Positions 24,666-35,507 of a DNA stretch of 64,000 bases are shown here, in pieces. Origin of the DNA: Ranitomeya imitator (lineage: Eukaryota); the NCBI RefSeq assembly GCF_032444005.1, contig NC_091289.1, forward strand, positions 135,718,001 to 135,782,000. Reading direction: 5' to 3'. The translations under genes and the position numbers were made by a program. Within the stretch, counting starts at the first letter, position 1. Each line of letters opens with the position of its first letter. The notes under the pieces were generated by a model. The model did not search any database. It was not told where the DNA came from and was given only the letters and a program-made list of their open reading frames with translations.

Positions 24666-24875
24666 AACGAGTCGTGCAATATGACTTAGGATAAAAGCCA
24701 AATCAGTATCTTAATTCGCAGACACGGTGTTTTGGGCTGTTGGCCCTCGTCAGTGCGAAGCATGAGAACTGATTTGGCTAGGTGAGAGGCTCTGGACTGG
24801 GGTCTAAGGGGTAATGTTTCTCCTTATGGAGAGTGACATATCAGCTGGCTTGTCAAGGTAAGGAGGCTTATTCGC
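24666..24875 (-). mobile_element. Retrozyme-like repeat fragment carrying a hammerhead ribozyme
   Basis: Overlaps in sequence with fragments at 10150-10270 and 44304-44495. Confidence 0.75.
24717..24757 (-). ncRNA. Type I hammerhead ribozyme motif (G12>A, likely inactive copy)
   Basis: Minus strand CGCA-CTGACGA-GGGC caaca GCCC-AAAA-CA ccg TG-TC-TGCG: stems I, II and III all pair, GUC cleavage triplet, GAAA core changed to AAAA at a CpG. Confidence 0.85.
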
Positions 24876-25357
24876 CTTGATATTGGAAATTCCAGAGATG
24901 CTGAGGTAAGAGGCTGCTCATTCTGCTGTCCACCATGTCTGTCTGATTTGATACTGAAAGTGCCATGGGTGGTGAGTTAGGAAGAGGCTGCTGATACTGC
25001 TGCCCAACCAGCCTATCTGATATAAAACTTAGGGGTGCTAAGGTAAGAAGAGGCTGCTCACACTGCTATGAATCCTATCTTTCTTAGTGCTGAGTGGCTG
25101 CTGTTACCTGAAAATAGCTTAACAGTAGGTGGTATAAGTTATTTCTAGGGCACAGCAGCCTAGTGCACATGCTCACAGGCACCTGTTCTAGTAACATTCT
25201 AGGAGAGCGGTTTCCGTCAGTGCAATTAGTATATATTAAATTTTGTAGAGATTATCCTCATCAACAATTGTGATTTACTACAGGTATGTAGGAAACTATT
25301 TATTGTTGCATTTCCTTCTTTTATTTTCCTTTGCCAAAATACCCCTTAAATAACAAA

Positions 25358-26866
25358 CAGTACAGATCAAAAGTTTGGACACACCTTCTAATTTAAAGAT
25401 TTTTCTGTGTTTTCATGACTATGAAAATTGTACATTCACACTGAAGGCATCAAAACTATGAATTAACACATGTGGAATTATATACTTCACAAAAAAGTGT
25501 GACACAACTGAAATTATGTCTTATATTCTAGGTTTTTCAAAGTAGCCACCTTTTACTTTGATGACTGCTCTGCACACTCTTGGCATTCTCTTGATGAGCT
25601 TCAAGAGGTAGTCACCAGGAATGGTTTTCACTTCACAGGTGTGCCCTGTCAAATTTAATAAGTGGGATTTCTTGCCTTATAAATGGGGTTGGGACCATCA
25701 GTTGTGTTGTGCAGAAGTCTGGTGGATACACAGCTGATAGTCCTACTGAATAGACTGTTAGAATATGTATTATGGCAAGAAAATAGCAGCTAAGCAAAGA
25801 AAACGAGTGGCCATCATTACTTTAAGAAATGAAGGTCAGTCAGTACGAAAAATTGGGAAAACTTTGAAAGTGTCCCCAAGTGCAGTGGCAAAAACCATCA
25901 AGCGCTTCAAAGAAACGGGCTCACATGAGGACCACCCCAGGAAAGGAAGACCAAGAGTCACCTCTGCTTCTGATGATAAGTTTATTCAAGTCACCAGCCT
26001 CAGAAATCGCAGGTTAACAGCAGCTCAGATTAGAGACCAGGTTAATGCCACACAGAGTTCTAGCAGCAGACACATCTTTACAACAACTGTTAAGAGGAGA
26101 CTTTGTGTAGCAGGCCTTCATGGTAAAATAGCTGCTAGGAAACCACTGCTAAGGACAGGCAACAAGCAGAAGAGACTTAAGGGCTAAAGAACACAAGGAA
26201 TGGACATTAGACCAGTGGAAATCTGTGCTTTGGTCTGATGAGTCCAAATTTGAGATCTTTGGTTCCAACCACTGTGTCTTTGTGCGACGTAGAAAAGGTG
26301 AACGGATGGACTCTACATGCCTGGTTCCCACCGTGAAGCATGGAGGAGGAGGTGTGATGGTGTGGGGGTGCTTTGCTGGTGACACTGTTGGGGATTTATT
26401 CAAAATTGAAGGCATACTGAACCAGCATGGCTACCACAGCATCTTGCAGCAGCATGCTATTCCATCCGGTTTGCGTTTAGTTGGACCATAATTTATTTTT
26501 CAACAGGACAATGACCCCAAACACACCTCCAGGCTGTGTAAGGGCTATTTGACCAAGAAGGAGAGTGATGGGGTTCTACGCCAGATGACCTGGCCTCCAC
26601 AGTCACCAGACCTGAACCCAATCAAGATGGTTTGGGATGAGCTGGACCGCAGAGTGAAGGCAAAAGGGCCAACAAGTGCTAAGCATCTCTGGGAAATCCT
26701 TCAAGATTGTTGGAAGACCATTCCCGGTGACTACCTCTTGAAGCTCATCAAGAGAATGCCAAGAGTGTGCAAAGCTGTCATCAAAGCAAAAGGTGGCTAC
26801 TTTGAAGAACCTAGTATATAAGACATAATTTCAGTTGTTTCACACCTTTTTGTTAAGTGTATAATT
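25358..26866 (+). mobile_element. Tc1 relic, right TIR truncated by the adjacent Penelope-like insertion
   Basis: Left end CAGTACAGATCAAAAGTTTGGACAC; frameshifted transposase 25772-26821 (WSDESK, QDNDPKH, SPDLNPIK with E>K); inner TIR parts match (25490-25550 vs 26792-26866). Confidence 0.88.
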
Positions 26867-29350
26867 GCGCATGTTCTTCTGCGCAGCTTCCGGTTATCAG
26901 GTAACAGGGACGTACCCACGGAAGTGGATCCTGAAAGGCGCGGCATTTTTAGTAAGGTATATAAGAAGGGGATGAGCATTGTTTTTCCAGCCCTATTCCA
27001 TTGCGATGGCCAACATCCCTGATGAACCCCCGCTATTCCCATGGGGGGGGGAAACACGTTGGATACTATTTGGGATGTCGTTTACATGTGGCTCACCGAT
27101 GACCCAGTGTGACAGTGACTCCTTACATCATAGCACGGATGAGTATATGGCTATCTGAGCATTTTTTTGATATGGCATAAATTAATGAGCATTATCAGCC
27201 TCAAATATGAAGATTATAATGAAGTGTTAAAAGAAACCCAGTTGAAGGGGAATATATGATATCTTGGAGGTGGTGTCTGTAGGAGGTTACTATAACTATT
27301 ATGTATGAAAGTGGTTTCTGATTTTTGTGGGGGTCGATCGGTGGCCCATGGTGGATAGCAAACTCCGCTCCGTATGTTCATCTAAACAGGCATTGATTGT
27401 TTGCAATACTCTGTACAAACAGTTATTATGATAACCATTGGTGATTCAGAATGAAAAATGTGTGATATGGAATGCAGATCCACTGTTCTTGCTTCCCCCT
27501 AATAACATTACAGAACAAATCAGACAAGTATACAATCTCACACCATATTCGCCTATAGATTGACATGAATATTTTGTAAAAAAAAAAAAAAAGGGGGGGG
27601 ATATTATTCCCCTTTTCTCTCCCATTTTTTGGAGCTGAATAGAGCATTAATTATCTGTGGGACCTACCCACTTTATTATTTCATTTTTTTTTTTTAGTTT
27701 TTTTGTACATTTTTTTGTGTTTTTTTCACTTGGGCTATGGGTGTATTGGGACACATTTCTTAGCTGATCATAGGGCTTTGTAGGGACAGGAGGGCAAGCC
27801 GCAGCGGAGTGGGGGCGCCTACCGCTGAAACTTAGGGTGCCAACCTCCACTGTCATGTAGGGGCTATTATAGTTGATTTGTAGGGCCCAATAGGACACAT
27901 TAATTGTCTTTATTTCCCTATGGTATATTTTTGCTACTTGTCTTCAATTTTGGATAAACGCTTTTAAACTTTCTATATTAAAAGTTATATTTTAAGAGAT
28001 CCTGGTTTTCTCTTGTTTGGTTTTTGCTGGTAATTGAGGATCTTGACACATTTGTTTTTGGTGGATTATTCTAAGTGTAGTATTGCAGGTTTCCTCTCAG
28101 GACCATTGGATACTAAGAAGTGGCTTGATGATGCGAGGGAGGCCTTTTCTGAAGTTGGAGGCACAAACGACTCATTGACTACCCCCACTCTAAAATCTCA
28201 GTTCTCAGACCTTTTGAATGTCTATAAGAATAACATAAAATCATGGTGGGAAGTACAATCACTTGAAAATTACATTAAGCATAAAATAATACCATATGGT
28301 CTAAGGATACATTTAGTACCAGCCCCCAGGTGTGCTTCCCCAACTCGTTTGTCAAGGTGGGAAGAAGAATCAATTGCATCTTCTTTGAGATTCATGCAAG
28401 TTTTGGTGGAGGAGGAAAGAAAAACACTAGAAAATACCTCCAACACTTTATAAGATACGGTTGAGAAAGTCTTAAAATTTAAAACAGACCTTGAATTCAC
28501 TAACAGGGAGGAATCTCTTAAAATAGCGGTGGAATGAGATCAATTTGAAATCAAGGATAGGAAACATAGACGTTTCTTGAAAGACTGCTCTGAATTTAAA
28601 AACAAACAAGCATACCCTGATCTCCAGACCGTTCCAACACTAAGTGTGGACGTATCATCCTCTGATATCGAGTCCTCTGATTTGGATTCAGCACCTAGAG
28701 GTTTAGTGCCCAGACAATTCCCCAGAAATAGGGGACGTGGGAAACGAGGTAGAAGATGGCAGACACGTGGGTCAGAGAGGGTGTTTCCCTCTACCTCCTC
28801 CTCATTTGCCTCTTTTTTAGAGGACCGGGGAGGTCTCCCCTATCACTTAAGGAACCGTGTCCCCATCAGTCAACAGAAGTAGGGGACTCCCCGGTTTGGA
28901 ATCACCTAATTAATCTCTCCTCCTGTAAACTTACTTGGACAGAAAGAAAAGTGCTTATGAAGGGTCTTATGTTTGTTCCCACCACAAGATTTGACTCCTT
29001 TAATTGGATTAAAGATCTGAATTTATTTACCAGAAAACTTAAATGGAGATGTTTTTTTTCTAAAAAAACGATCTACAGAAGTGTTGAGATTTGGGTATTA
29101 TGTATAATGAACTGACTGACTTAGAAACACTTACTGATCTGGCAATTGAAGGGAGTAGGGGTATGGGAGAGGTTCCCTTCTCGGAGCTCAAACCTACTAG
29201 TAAAAGAATGCCACCACCCCTTCAAATATTGTACAATATTTGTGGTATGTCCTGATAAAGGGGGTCACCTGAACCCTGAAACTCGTAGAATAAACCACGT
29301 TGAAACCTTTACAATTTTTGGAATTCTTCTTGCGGCAACGCGGGGATGAT
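26867..29350 (+). mobile_element. Penelope-like element remnant (pseudo-LTR region plus N-terminal part of the ORF); 3' boundary approximate
   Basis: Broken ORF pieces ENYIKHKIIPYGLRI, an Arg/Gly-rich linker, INLSSCKLTWTERKVLMKGLMFVPT...IKDLNLFTRKLKW and VVCPDKGG resemble Penelope RT N-terminal motifs (NLS..LT..E..L.KGL.F.PT; KPADKG). Confidence 0.75.
27015..27064 (+). ncRNA. Minimal type I hammerhead-like motif in the Penelope pseudo-LTR
   Basis: ATCC-CTGATGA-A-CCCCC...GGGGG-GAAAC-AC-GTT-GGAT: intact core, 4-bp stem I, minimal stem III; TATATAAG upstream at 26958. Confidence 0.65.
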
Positions 29351-30548
29351 CCTTTATTCCTACCTTAGTGTGTGTTTCAATCAGGTCCTGCACTGACCTG
29401 TGGATCTGCAGCAGCCGCCATTACGATATGTCCTTCCTTCAATCTCACCAGGTGAGTAGTTCTCTTGGTGGGCAACTTTGTGTAACGTTTGATAAGACCC
29501 TATTTGCGCTTTTGTGTCTCCTTCTTTTCCCATGACTTCCATATAAGATTTAGCCACCTATACTTGTTTGCAGGAAAGGAAATTATGTTTTTACTGGGCT
29601 GCCAATGGAGTCTCGGAATACTGGGTAACATGTATGAAAACCGGTACCAATGTAGACAACGCAATTGAAATCTGCCCATCGCGTTCATAACAAGTTGTGG
29701 CAACAAGGTGTGGAATTTGAAGCAGATCCTCTTCAAAATTCATGTAAAACAACTCAGTGAGAACATAGAGTTAACCATCCTGCCTCATCAGAAACCAAGT
29801 CAACCTTCATTTACACATCCATACTGTTGTGCAGCTAAGATGCAGGTGCCAATTTTCTCTCCTGACATAGCGTGGATACGCTTGGTTAGTGAGCGCTCCT
29901 GTACTACAGCTGCTAAGTCTGCACTATTCATCACTCTAACATCTGTACATTGTGTGCAGAGAAGTAACGAGGCGTCCGCACTGAGATAACTGGAAGCTAA
30001 AGTGCCACTTTCTGGGTGCTTTGTCTTGTGTTCAGTAGCTGTTAGTACTCAGGTGCCCGCAGGCATCCATTACATATGTTTATGTGCATTCTCGAAAGCT
30101 GGGGATCTTCTGCTCAGGATTTCTTTTTTTTTTTATTGCCAATCTGTGCCACACAACACATAGCCTTTGTGATAGCATTTTCTCCAATAGCTGATGTTTT
30201 AAGAGCAGGTGTGAGTTTAATTAAGAACAATTGGAGCCTCCGTAGGTATATTGCATATAGCGATCGTCCATCATAGAAAAGCTAAATGCGCATTATGAAT
30301 TACATTTTGTTATGAATAAATTATAGTCAATCTGAATATTAATTTTGAAATATTCTTAGCTTTTGGAATATTAGTTCTACTGTATAAGAAACATACTCTG
30401 TACAGCTTAGGGTTTTCATTTTCTGCAGGAAAAGATTCTGTTAGGCTTTGTTCACATTAGAGCACCACTCCAGCATTTATTTTTATTGCAACACTGGAGT
30501 GGTTCTAGTGATCTAAGTTCCCTGCTCCTAGCCTTACACTTACCAGCC

Positions 30549-31302
30549 TGTTATGCTGTGCTATCAGGCAACACAGTGTGCAGTAATCAGTGCACATACA
30601 GTGATATGGCAATAACCCAAAAACAATAGAACAAGCTCTGAGACGTGGAATCTCTGCAGACTGCAATACCTGAACCTATCCTCACACAACTAAAAGCAGC
30701 AGTGGATTGCGCCTAACACTACCTATGCAACTCGGCACTGCCTGAGGAGCTGACTAGCCTGAAGATAGAAATACAAGCCTGACTTGCCTCAGAGAAATAC
30801 CCCAAAGGAATAGGCAGCCCCCCACATATAATGACTGTTAGCAAGATGAAAAGACAAAACGTAGGAATGAAATAGATTCAGCAAAGTGAGGCCCGATATT
30901 CTAGACAGAGCGAGGATAGCAAAGAGAACTATGCAGTCTACAAAAAACCCTAAAGCAGAACCACGCAAAGGGGGGCAAAAAGACCCACCGTGCCGAACTA
31001 ACGGCACGGCGGTGCACCCTTTGCGTCTCAGAGCTTCCAGCAAAAGAGAATAGCACAGCTGGACAGAAAAAATGGAAACAAAAACAAAGTAACACTTATC
31101 TAGCAGAGCAGCAGGCCACAGGAAAGATGCAGTAGCTCAGATCCAACACTGGAACATTGACAAGGAGCAAGGAAGACAGACTCAGGTGGAGTTAAATAGC
31201 AAGGCAGCCAACGAGCTCACCAAAACACCTGAGGGAGGAAGCCCAGAGGCTGCAATACCACTTGTGACCACAGAAGTGAATTCAGCCACAGAATTCACAA
31301 CA
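30549..31302 (-). repeat. 3' LTR
   Basis: Differs from 35508-36261 at 4 positions by eye, all transitions. Confidence 0.95.
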
Positions 31303-34300
31303 GTACCCCCCCCTTGAGGAGGGGTCACTGAACCCTCACCAGAACCCCCAGGCCGACCAGGATGAGCCACATGAAAGGCACGAACAAGATCTGGGGCATG
31401 GACATCAGAGGCAAAAACCCAGGAATTATCCTCCTGAGCATAACCCTTCCATTTGACCAGATACTGGAGTTTCCGTCTAGAGACACGAGAATCCAAAATT
31501 TTCTCCACAATATACTCCAATTCCCCCTCCACCAAAACAGGGGCAGGAGGCTCCACAGATGGAACCATAGGTGCCACGTATCTTCTCAACAACGACCTAT
31601 GGAATACATTATGTATGGAAAAGGAGTCTGGGAGGGTCAGACGAAAAGACACCGGATTGAGAATCTCAGAAATCCTATACGGACCAATAAAACGAGGTTT
31701 AAATTTAGGAGAGGAAACCTTCATAGGAATATGACGAGAAGATAACCAAACCAGATCCCCAACACGAAGTCGGGGACCCACACGGCGTCTACGATTAGCG
31801 AAAAGCTGAGCCTTCTCCTGGGACAAGGTCAAATTGTCCACTACCTGAGTCCAGATCTGCTGCAACCTGTCCACCACAGAATCCACACCAGGACAGTCCG
31901 AAGACTCAACCTGTCCTGAAGAGAAACGAGGATGGAACCCAGAATTGCAGAAAAATGGAGAGACCAAGGTAGCCGAGCTGGCCCGATTATTAAGGGCGAA
32001 CTCAGCCAACGGCAAAAATGACACCCAATCATCCTGGTCAGCAGAAACAAAACATCTCAGATATGTTTCCAAGGTCTGATTGGTTCGTTCGGTCTGGCCA
32101 TTAGTCTGAGGATGGAAGGCCGAGGAAAAAGATAGGTCAATGCCCATCCTACCACAAAAGGCTCGCCAGAACCTCGAGACAAACTGGGAACCTCTGTCAG
32201 AAACAATATTCTCAGGAATGCCATGCAAACGAACCACATGCTGGAAGAACAAAGGCACCAAATCAGAGGAGGAAGGCAATTTAACCAAGGGCACCGGATG
32301 GACCATTTTAGAAAAGCGATCACAGACCACCCAAATGACCGACATCTTTTGAGAAACGGGAAGGTCAGAAATGAAATCCATCGAAATATGTGTCCAAGGC
32401 CTCTTCGGGACCGGCAAGGGCAAAAGCAACCCACTGGCACGTGAACAGCAGGGCTTAGCCCTAGCACAAATCCCACAGGACTGCACAAAAGCACGCACAT
32501 CCCGTGACAGAGATGGCCACCAGAAGGATCTAGCCACTAACTCTCTGGTACCAAAGATTCCTGGATGACCAGCCAGCACCGAACAATGAAGTTCAGAGAT
32601 AACTTTACTAGTCCACCTATCAGGGACGAACAGTTTCTCGGCCGGACAACGATCAGGTTTATTAGCCTGAAATTTCTGCAACACTCTCCGCAAATCAGGA
32701 GAGATGGCAGACACAATGACTCCTTCCTTGAGGATACTCGCCGGCTCAGATAACCCCGGAGAGTCGGGCACAAAACTCCTAGACAGAGCATCCGCCTTCA
32801 CATTTTTAGAGCCCGGAAGGTACGAAATCACAAAATCAAAACGAGCAAAAAATAACGACCAACGGGCCTGTCTAGGATTCAAGCGCTTGGCAGACTCGAG
32901 ATAAGTAAGATTCTTATGATCAGTCAATACCACCATGCGATGCTTAGCTCCCTCAAGCCAATGACGCCACTCCTCGAATGCCCACTTCATGGCCAGCAAC
33001 TCTCGGTTGCCCACATCATAATTACGCTCAGCAGCAGAAAATTTCCTGGAAAAGAAAGCACATGGTTTCAACACTGAGCAACCAGAACCTCTCTGTGACA
33101 AAACCGCCCCTGCTCCAATCTCAGAAGCATCAACCTCGACTTGGAACGGAAGAGAAACATCTGGTTGACACAACACAGGGGCACAGCAAAAACGACGCTT
33201 CAACTCCTGAAAAGCTTCCACGGCAGCAGAAGACCAATTAACCAAATCAGCACCCTTCTTGGTCAAATCGGTCAATGGTCTGGCAATGCTAGAAAAATTA
33301 CAGATGAAGCGACGATAAAAATTAGCAAAGCCCAGGAATTTCTGCAGACTTTTCAGAGATGTCGGCTGAGTCCAATCCTGGATGGCCTGGACCTTAACCG
33401 GATCCATCTCGATAGTAGAAGGGGAAAAGATGAACCCCAAAAATGAAACTTTCTGCACACCGAAGAGACACTTTGATCCCTTCACGAACAAGGAATTAGC
33501 ACGCAGTACCTGGAAAACCATTCTGACTTGCTTCACATGAGACTCCCAATCATCAGAGAAGATCAAAATGTCATCCAAGTAGACAATCAGGAATTTATCC
33601 AGATACTCACGGAAAATGTCATGCATAAAAGACTGAAAAACAGATGGAGCATTGGCAAGTCCGAACGGCATCACCAGATACTCAAAATGACCCTCGGGCG
33701 TATTAAATGCCGTTTTCCATTCATCTCCCTGCCTGATTCTCACCAGATTATACGCACCACGAAGATCAATCTTAGTAAACCAACTAGCCCCCTTAATCCG
33801 AGCAAACAAGTCAGATATCAATGGCATGGGATACTGAAACTTAACAGTGATCTTATTAAGAAGGCGGTAATCAATACACGGTCTTAGCGAACCATCCTTT
33901 TTGGCTACAAAAAAGAACCCTGCTCCCAATGGTGATGACGATGGGCGAATATGTCCCTTCTCCAGGGATTCTTTCACATAACTGCGCATAGCGGTGTGTT
34001 CAGGCACGGACAAATTAAATAAACGACCCTTAGGGAATTTACTACCAGGAATCAAATTGATAGCACAATCACAATTCCTATGCTGAGGTAGGGCATCAGA
34101 CTTGGGCTCTTCAAATACATCCTGAAAGTCAGACAAGAACTCTGGGATGTCAGAAGGAATGGATGACGAAATAGACAAAAATGGAACATCACCATGTACT
34201 CCCTGACAACCCCAGCTGATTACCGACATAGAGTTCCAATCTAATACTGGATTATGGGTTTGTAGCCATGGCAACCCCAACACGACCACATCATGCAGAT

Positions 34301-35363
34301 TATGCAGTACCAGAAAGCGAATAACTTCCTGATGTGCAGGAGCCATGCACATGGTCAGCTGGGCCCAGTACTGAGGCTTATTCTTGGCCAAAGGTGTAGC
34401 ATCAATTCCTCTCAACGGAATAGGACACCGCAAAGGCTCCAAGAAAAATCCACAACGTTTAGCATAATCCAAATCCATCAGATTCAGGGCAGCGCCTGAA
34501 TCCACAAACGCCATGACAGAATACGATGACAAAGAGCATATCAAGGTAATGGACAGAAGGAATTTGGACTGTACAGTACCAATGACGGCAGAGCTATCGA
34601 ACCGCCTAGTGCGCTTAGGACAATTAGAAATAGCATGAGTGGAATCACCACAGTAGAAACACAGCCTGTTCAGACGTCTGTGTTCTTGCCGTTCAACTTT
34701 AGTCATAGTCCTGTCGCACTGCATAGGCTCAGGTTTACTCTCAGACAATACCGCCAGATGGTGCACAGATTTACGCTCGCGCAAGCGACGACCGATCTGA
34801 ATGGCCAAGGACATAGACTCATTCAAACCAGCAGGCATAGGAAATCCCACCATGACATCCTTAAGAGCTTCAGAGAGACCCTTTCTGAACCAAGCCGCCA
34901 GTGCAGATTCATTCCACAGAGTGAGTACTGACCACTTCCTAAATTTCTGACAATATACTTCTACATCATCCTGACCCTGGCATAAAGCCAGCAAATTTTT
35001 CTCAGCCTGATCCACTGAATTAGGCTCATCGTAAAGCAATCCAAGCGCCTGGAAAAACGCATCAACATTACTCAATGCAGGGTCTCCTGGCGCAAGAGAA
35101 AACGCCCAGTCCTGTGGGTCGCCGCGCAAAAAAGAAATAATAATCAAAACCTGTTGAATAGGATTACCAGAAGAATGAGGTTTCAAGGCCAGAAATAGCT
35201 TACAATTATTTTTGAAGCTCAGGAACTTAGTTCTGTCACCAAAAAACAAATCAGGAATAGGAATTCTTGGTTCTAGCATAGATTTCTGATCAATTGTATC
35301 TTGAATCTTTTGTACATTTATAACGAGATTATCCATTGAGGAGCACAGAGCCTGAATATCCAT
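31182..35363 (-). CDS. Gag-Pol polyprotein: capsid, CCHC knuckle, protease, RT, RNase H, integrase, chromodomain (first ATG 35363; in-frame GTG at 35387)
   Basis: CFYCGDSTHAISNC, FVDSGA, YLDD, VDAS, TDHKNL, H-H-C-C zinc motif, SMDF/SDRG/ERTN integrase DDE, YIVEKILDSR...YLVKWKGY chromodomain; no stops. Confidence 0.96.
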   Translation of the reverse strand: MDIQALCSSMDNLVINVQKIQDTIDQKSMLEPRIPIPDLFFGDRTKFLSFKNNCKLFLALKPHSSGNPIQQVLIIISFLRGDPQDWAFSLAPGDPALSNVDAFFQALGLLYDEPNSVDQAEKNLLALCQGQDDVEVYCQKFRKWSVLTLWNESALAAWFRKGLSEALKDVMVGFPMPAGLNESMSLAIQIGRRLRERKSVHHLAVLSESKPEPMQCDRTMTKVERQEHRRLNRLCFYCGDSTHAISNCPKRTRRFDSSAVIGTVQSKFLLSITLICSLSSYSVMAFVDSGAALNLMDLDYAKRCGFFLEPLRCPIPLRGIDATPLAKNKPQYWAQLTMCMAPAHQEVIRFLVLHNLHDVVVLGLPWLQTHNPVLDWNSMSVISWGCQGVHGDVPFLSISSSIPSDIPEFLSDFQDVFEEPKSDALPQHRNCDCAINLIPGSKFPKGRLFNLSVPEHTAMRSYVKESLEKGHIRPSSSPLGAGFFFVAKKDGSLRPCIDYRLLNKITVKFQYPMPLISDLFARIKGASWFTKIDLRGAYNLVRIRQGDEWKTAFNTPEGHFEYLVMPFGLANAPSVFQSFMHDIFREYLDKFLIVYLDDILIFSDDWESHVKQVRMVFQVLRANSLFVKGSKCLFGVQKVSFLGFIFSPSTIEMDPVKVQAIQDWTQPTSLKSLQKFLGFANFYRRFICNFSSIARPLTDLTKKGADLVNWSSAAVEAFQELKRRFCCAPVLCQPDVSLPFQVEVDASEIGAGAVLSQRGSGCSVLKPCAFFSRKFSAAERNYDVGNRELLAMKWAFEEWRHWLEGAKHRMVVLTDHKNLTYLESAKRLNPRQARWSLFFARFDFVISYLPGSKNVKADALSRSFVPDSPGLSEPASILKEGVIVSAISPDLRRVLQKFQANKPDRCPAEKLFVPDRWTSKVISELHCSVLAGHPGIFGTRELVARSFWWPSLSRDVRAFVQSCGICARAKPCCSRASGLLLPLPVPKRPWTHISMDFISDLPVSQKMSVIWVVCDRFSKMVHPVPLVKLPSSSDLVPLFFQHVVRLHGIPENIVSDRGSQFVSRFWRAFCGRMGIDLSFSSAFHPQTNGQTERTNQTLETYLRCFVSADQDDWVSFLPLAEFALNNRASSATLVSPFFCNSGFHPRFSSGQVESSDCPGVDSVVDRLQQIWTQVVDNLTLSQEKAQLFANRRRRVGPRLRVGDLVWLSSRHIPMKVSSPKFKPRFIGPYRISEILNPVSFRLTLPDSFSIHNVFHRSLLRRYVAPMVPSVEPPAPVLVEGELEYIVEKILDSRVSRRKLQYLVKWKGYAQEDNSWVFASDVHAPDLVRAFHVAHPGRPGGSGEGSVTPPQGGGTVVNSVAEFTSVVTSGIAASGLPPSGVLVSSLAALLFNST
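31306..31315 (-). promoter_or_regulatory. Polypurine tract
   Basis: AAGGGGGGGG followed by TAC|TG at the 3' LTR start (minus strand). Confidence 0.85.
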
Positions 35364-35496
35364 GTCCACAGCTGTGTCCTGAAGCACTCTAATGTCTAGG
35401 GGAAAAAAAAAAAAAAAAAAACTGAAGACAGAGCTGAGGAAAAAAAAAATGATGTCAGGACTTCTTTTTTCCCTCTATTGAGAATCATTGGTTTTG

Positions 35497-35505
35497 GCTC
35501 CTTGT
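35497..35505 (-). promoter_or_regulatory. Primer-binding site, self-priming type
   Basis: ACAAGGAGC lies 2 nt after the 5' LTR, is not a TGG tRNA-type site, and is complementary to LTR sequence GCTCCTTGT at 36127-36119. Confidence 0.75.
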
Positions 35506-35507
35506 AC

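Larger units (their letters stand above)
23480..25085. repeat. Minisatellite, ~60-bp degenerate unit
   Basis: More than 20 copies with core GAGGCTGCTCACACTGCTGTCCAC...TCTAATACTGGAGATA; interrupted at 24661-24880. Confidence 0.9.

Noticed and set aside
23480-25085. CRISPR-like look (conserved core with variable flanks)
   Set aside because: Eukaryotic intron; the 'spacers' are homologous to each other and there are no cas genes; it is a degenerate minisatellite
26234-26260. Other CTGATGA occurrences (also 14722, 42408, 51891) as hammerheads
   Set aside because: No stem II + GAAA + closing stems; some are simply coding sequence (e.g. Tc1 SDES)
35490-35507. tRNA primer-binding site
   Set aside because: No TGG start or recognisable tRNA 3' complement; the self-complementary match explains the site better
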